This document shows, one piece after another, positions 61,414-64,000 of a stretch of 64,000 nucleotides of DNA (positions are counted from its first letter, which is position 1; each line of letters opens with the position of its first letter). The translations under genes were made by a program, and so were the position numbers. The notes under the pieces were generated by a model, which saw only the letters and a list, made by a program, of their open reading frames with translations, was not told where the DNA came from and did no database searches. Source of the stretch: Camelus dromedarius (Eukaryota); assembly GCF_036321535.1 (NCBI RefSeq), contig NC_087436.1, positions 117,740,001 through 117,804,000 on the forward strand, in the 5' to 3' direction.

Positions 61414-62422
61414 GAGGGTTAGCAGGGAGAAAAATGGTTTGGGCAGAAGACCTATTCTGAAGTCTTCTGGACCCAGTCATCCTCGTAAGGTGGTTATGTT
61501 TAGGGGAGAAATGGCTGAGCATGGGAATGTGGGAATGTGAACCCCAAGACCTGTATTGTTTGTGTCTAGGGTGGGGCAATGTGATACCCCAACCAGCGAG
61601 TGCGGTCAGCAGCAGGCCAAGTGTTAGCCAAACTGCACCAAACCCCCTTCAGCAGTGACATCTTGTGGCCATAGGGAGCAATGACAGCAGTGGGCAGATC
61701 ATCTCCAAAGGGCTGTCAAAGGCCAGAATAATCCCTTCTGGGCTCAGTAAGCCTCCAAGGATCTGAACAATTATGAGACAGATAGTGGAGTCGGTTCCAG
61801 CGTGCAGAAAGGGACCTTCAAGACGGAGATAAGAACGTCCTGCTAGTCAAGCACAACATCCTTCAGTGATTGGCCGTTAAAGAACACAAGTGTCTGCTGC
61901 ACCCTGAGCTGGTGAAGCAGAGCATACAGGTTGCCTTGTTAGAATTAATCAGTGCAGCTGCTTCCTTCAGCGCCAATGTACACAGAAGTGGCAGTGGCTT
62001 CACAAGAGTCCCCCACGATTTAGATGCCAGAGTTAGAGCTGCAGTTTCTTACTGTTTCTCTTTTGGCTTTTCCTAGGAAACAGTCTGAGGCCACTGAGGT
62101 GAGAACAGAGACAAGCTCCCCCTTGATTGGAAATACAGAAGCACTTTTCCTCTGAGCAGAAGGTGCCCCCCGGCCCGTGGCGCGTGTTTAGGAAGGTCAG
62201 ACAGGGGACATTTACCAAGGTCTGCTGAGCTATCTGCTCTACCCCTCTCATGTTTTTACATCCTCCAACCACCCTGGCAGGTGGATCTCAATGCCCTTAT
62301 ATTACATGTGGGGAAACTGAGGCATGGGGAGGGTTTTTTGTTTGATTGTTTGTTTGTTTGTTTGTAATTTATCCACGGTCACAAACCCCACAGGTGGCAG
62401 GACCTTGAAAAGGAGATGGTTC

Positions 62423-63081
62423 TATTAGAGCAGGCAGATAGCTAGATATGAGCAGAGAAAGGGGGACACAGACCAAATGGCAAGAATTAGGCAGAAAGGA
62501 GGGGCACCAGCCAAATGCAGGAAACCACAGATCATGTAAGCACCAGGGGTCCCTTGGCAGAGAAAGAAAAGCAGGAACCTCTGGGCTAATGAGTGGTCAC
62601 AACTTTTGGGGTGATGAGTGGCCTGGAGACCGACAAAGAAAGGTGAGAAAAGGCAGGAATTTCCAGTGTCCAAATGTAACCTTTTGCTAATTATGCCCTC
62701 ATTTCAATAAAATTAGCCTTGCAGATCAGATGTACCCATCATGCACTGATGCCATGACACTTCCGATCCAGACTAAATAAGGACAAAAATCCCTCCTCCC
62801 CTTGGGAAGGTGGAGTTGGGATGATAATCAGGGAATATGACCCTAAGCCCCTTCCTCCTCAATGAAAATTCCACCCACTCATTTTTACACCCTATGTAAC
62901 TAACTTGCCAAAGAAACTCAGGGCAGCCGCTCACCTGAGCCTGCCCGCTCTCCCCTTGACAGTGTACTTATTCATCCTTTAATAAATTCTCACTTTACTT
63001 TTTTAACCATTATGTCTTGTCTCTGAATTCTTTCTGGGACGGGACAAGAACCTGGAGTACCGGCTGCATCTACTGGCAACA
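62423..63081 (+). mobile_element. ERV1-class solo LTR
   Basis: Starts tattagagcaggcagatagctagatatgagcag; AATAAA 62981; ctctgaattctttc...gacaagaacc; ends GGCAACA. Confidence 0.75.
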
Positions 63082-63649
63082 TCTTCCCTCACCAGAGCTG
63101 CCCAAGAAACGGGATGGATTCTGTGGCTACTTCCTCCAGTATCATAGGAATGCTTTCCCCTCTTCCTCTCCTGACCCCCCAGAACTCCGTGGCATGAAGA
63201 CAGTCTTTTTTTCCACCACAACAATTTGCTTTCAGGGTTTTTCTCTGAGGCCGGTGGAGAAACATGGGTACGATCGCTTTTCATGGCTCGGTTACCCAGC
63301 AATCTGCAATTACAAGATGGTGGGAAAGCTTCCTCTTACTCTGTGGTAACTGGGGGCAAATCCTGGACTGCTCTCAGCGGACCAGTCTCCGCGCGTCTGG
63401 GACTGGGCAGTACCCACACCCGGATCAGTGCCTCAGCCCCTCGGAGTGGATACAGAGGGTCTCATCCCAGAGAATCACACAAAAACAGCAAAACCGCTTG
63501 AGTCTGTTGTGGGAAGGAAATACTTTACGATTTTGGGTAAGTTCCTCATACTAAAAGCACCAAGCTGCTTCCTACTTATCATTTAAAAAATTGTTTTTAA
63601 ATATTTTTTCCTCTAAATAAGAAGTCTTATGAGATAAGGCTTACATAAG

Positions 63650-63850
63650 CTTTGGCTTTCGGCATCCGTGTGTCAAGTCTGGCACTAATACACTATCAGG
63701 CACGTCATATAACCTCTCTGGGCCTCAGCTTCCCCAGCTCTGGAAGGGGCTGAACCCCTTCTGCCCTCGGTTGCTGCGGAGGCTGACTGCATTCATGGAG
63801 GTGTTAGGTCAGAGAGCTGAACCCATGTGAAGTATTACTATTTCATAGTT
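63650..63850 (+). mobile_element. MIR
   Basis: taacctctctgggcctcagcttcccca. Confidence 0.65.
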
Positions 63851-64000
63851 ACAATAGATGGATCTTAGGACATGATAAGGAACTTTGCCCCTTCTGAGAA
63901 GGGGCTGAACAGATCACAAAATTCATGGCGACACAGGCAACCGAAATTCTTACAAAGGATGATCGGAATCCAGTCTGCAGCGCAGGGCGCGCGTCTGCAC

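Noticed and set aside
1..64000. Hundreds of 60-240 aa ORFs, e.g. 3022-3738, 10578-11231, 12684-13259, 30500-31057, 42054-42563
   Set aside because: No recognisable domains. Most overlap L2, MLT or LTR repeats or GC-rich sequence poor in stops, and many start at non-ATG codons.

Overview
Mammalian, CpG-depleted, repeat-rich non-coding DNA, most likely camelid (camel/alpaca/llama), judged from two Vic-1-type tRNA-derived SINEs and artiodactyl-type L1 3' ends. I recognise no protein-coding exon, RNA gene or CRISPR array. The only ORFs I can assign are decayed L1 ORF2 C-terminal remnants. Much of the window is old transposon debris (MIR, L2, L1M, MLT1/MLT2, LTR16, LTR33, MER5/45/58/69), three ERV1-class solo LTRs (one MER41-like), younger L1 tails and microsatellites. 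The unique parts look regulatory: a CpG island at ~41.9-42.6 kb with a minus-strand GTAAGT donor and an ATG-free candidate first exon, a candidate TATA promoter near 22.3 kb, and several motif-dense enhancer-like blocks. The best-supported structural findings are an L1 3' transduction bounded by a target-site duplication (TSD) at 19.6-20.5 kb, a body-less poly(A) insertion, and a ~70 bp non-tandem local duplication. I cannot name the host gene and found no new multi-gene system. Repeat subfamily names come from remembered consensus sequences and most repeat boundaries are approximate. Motif calls are untested hypotheses.
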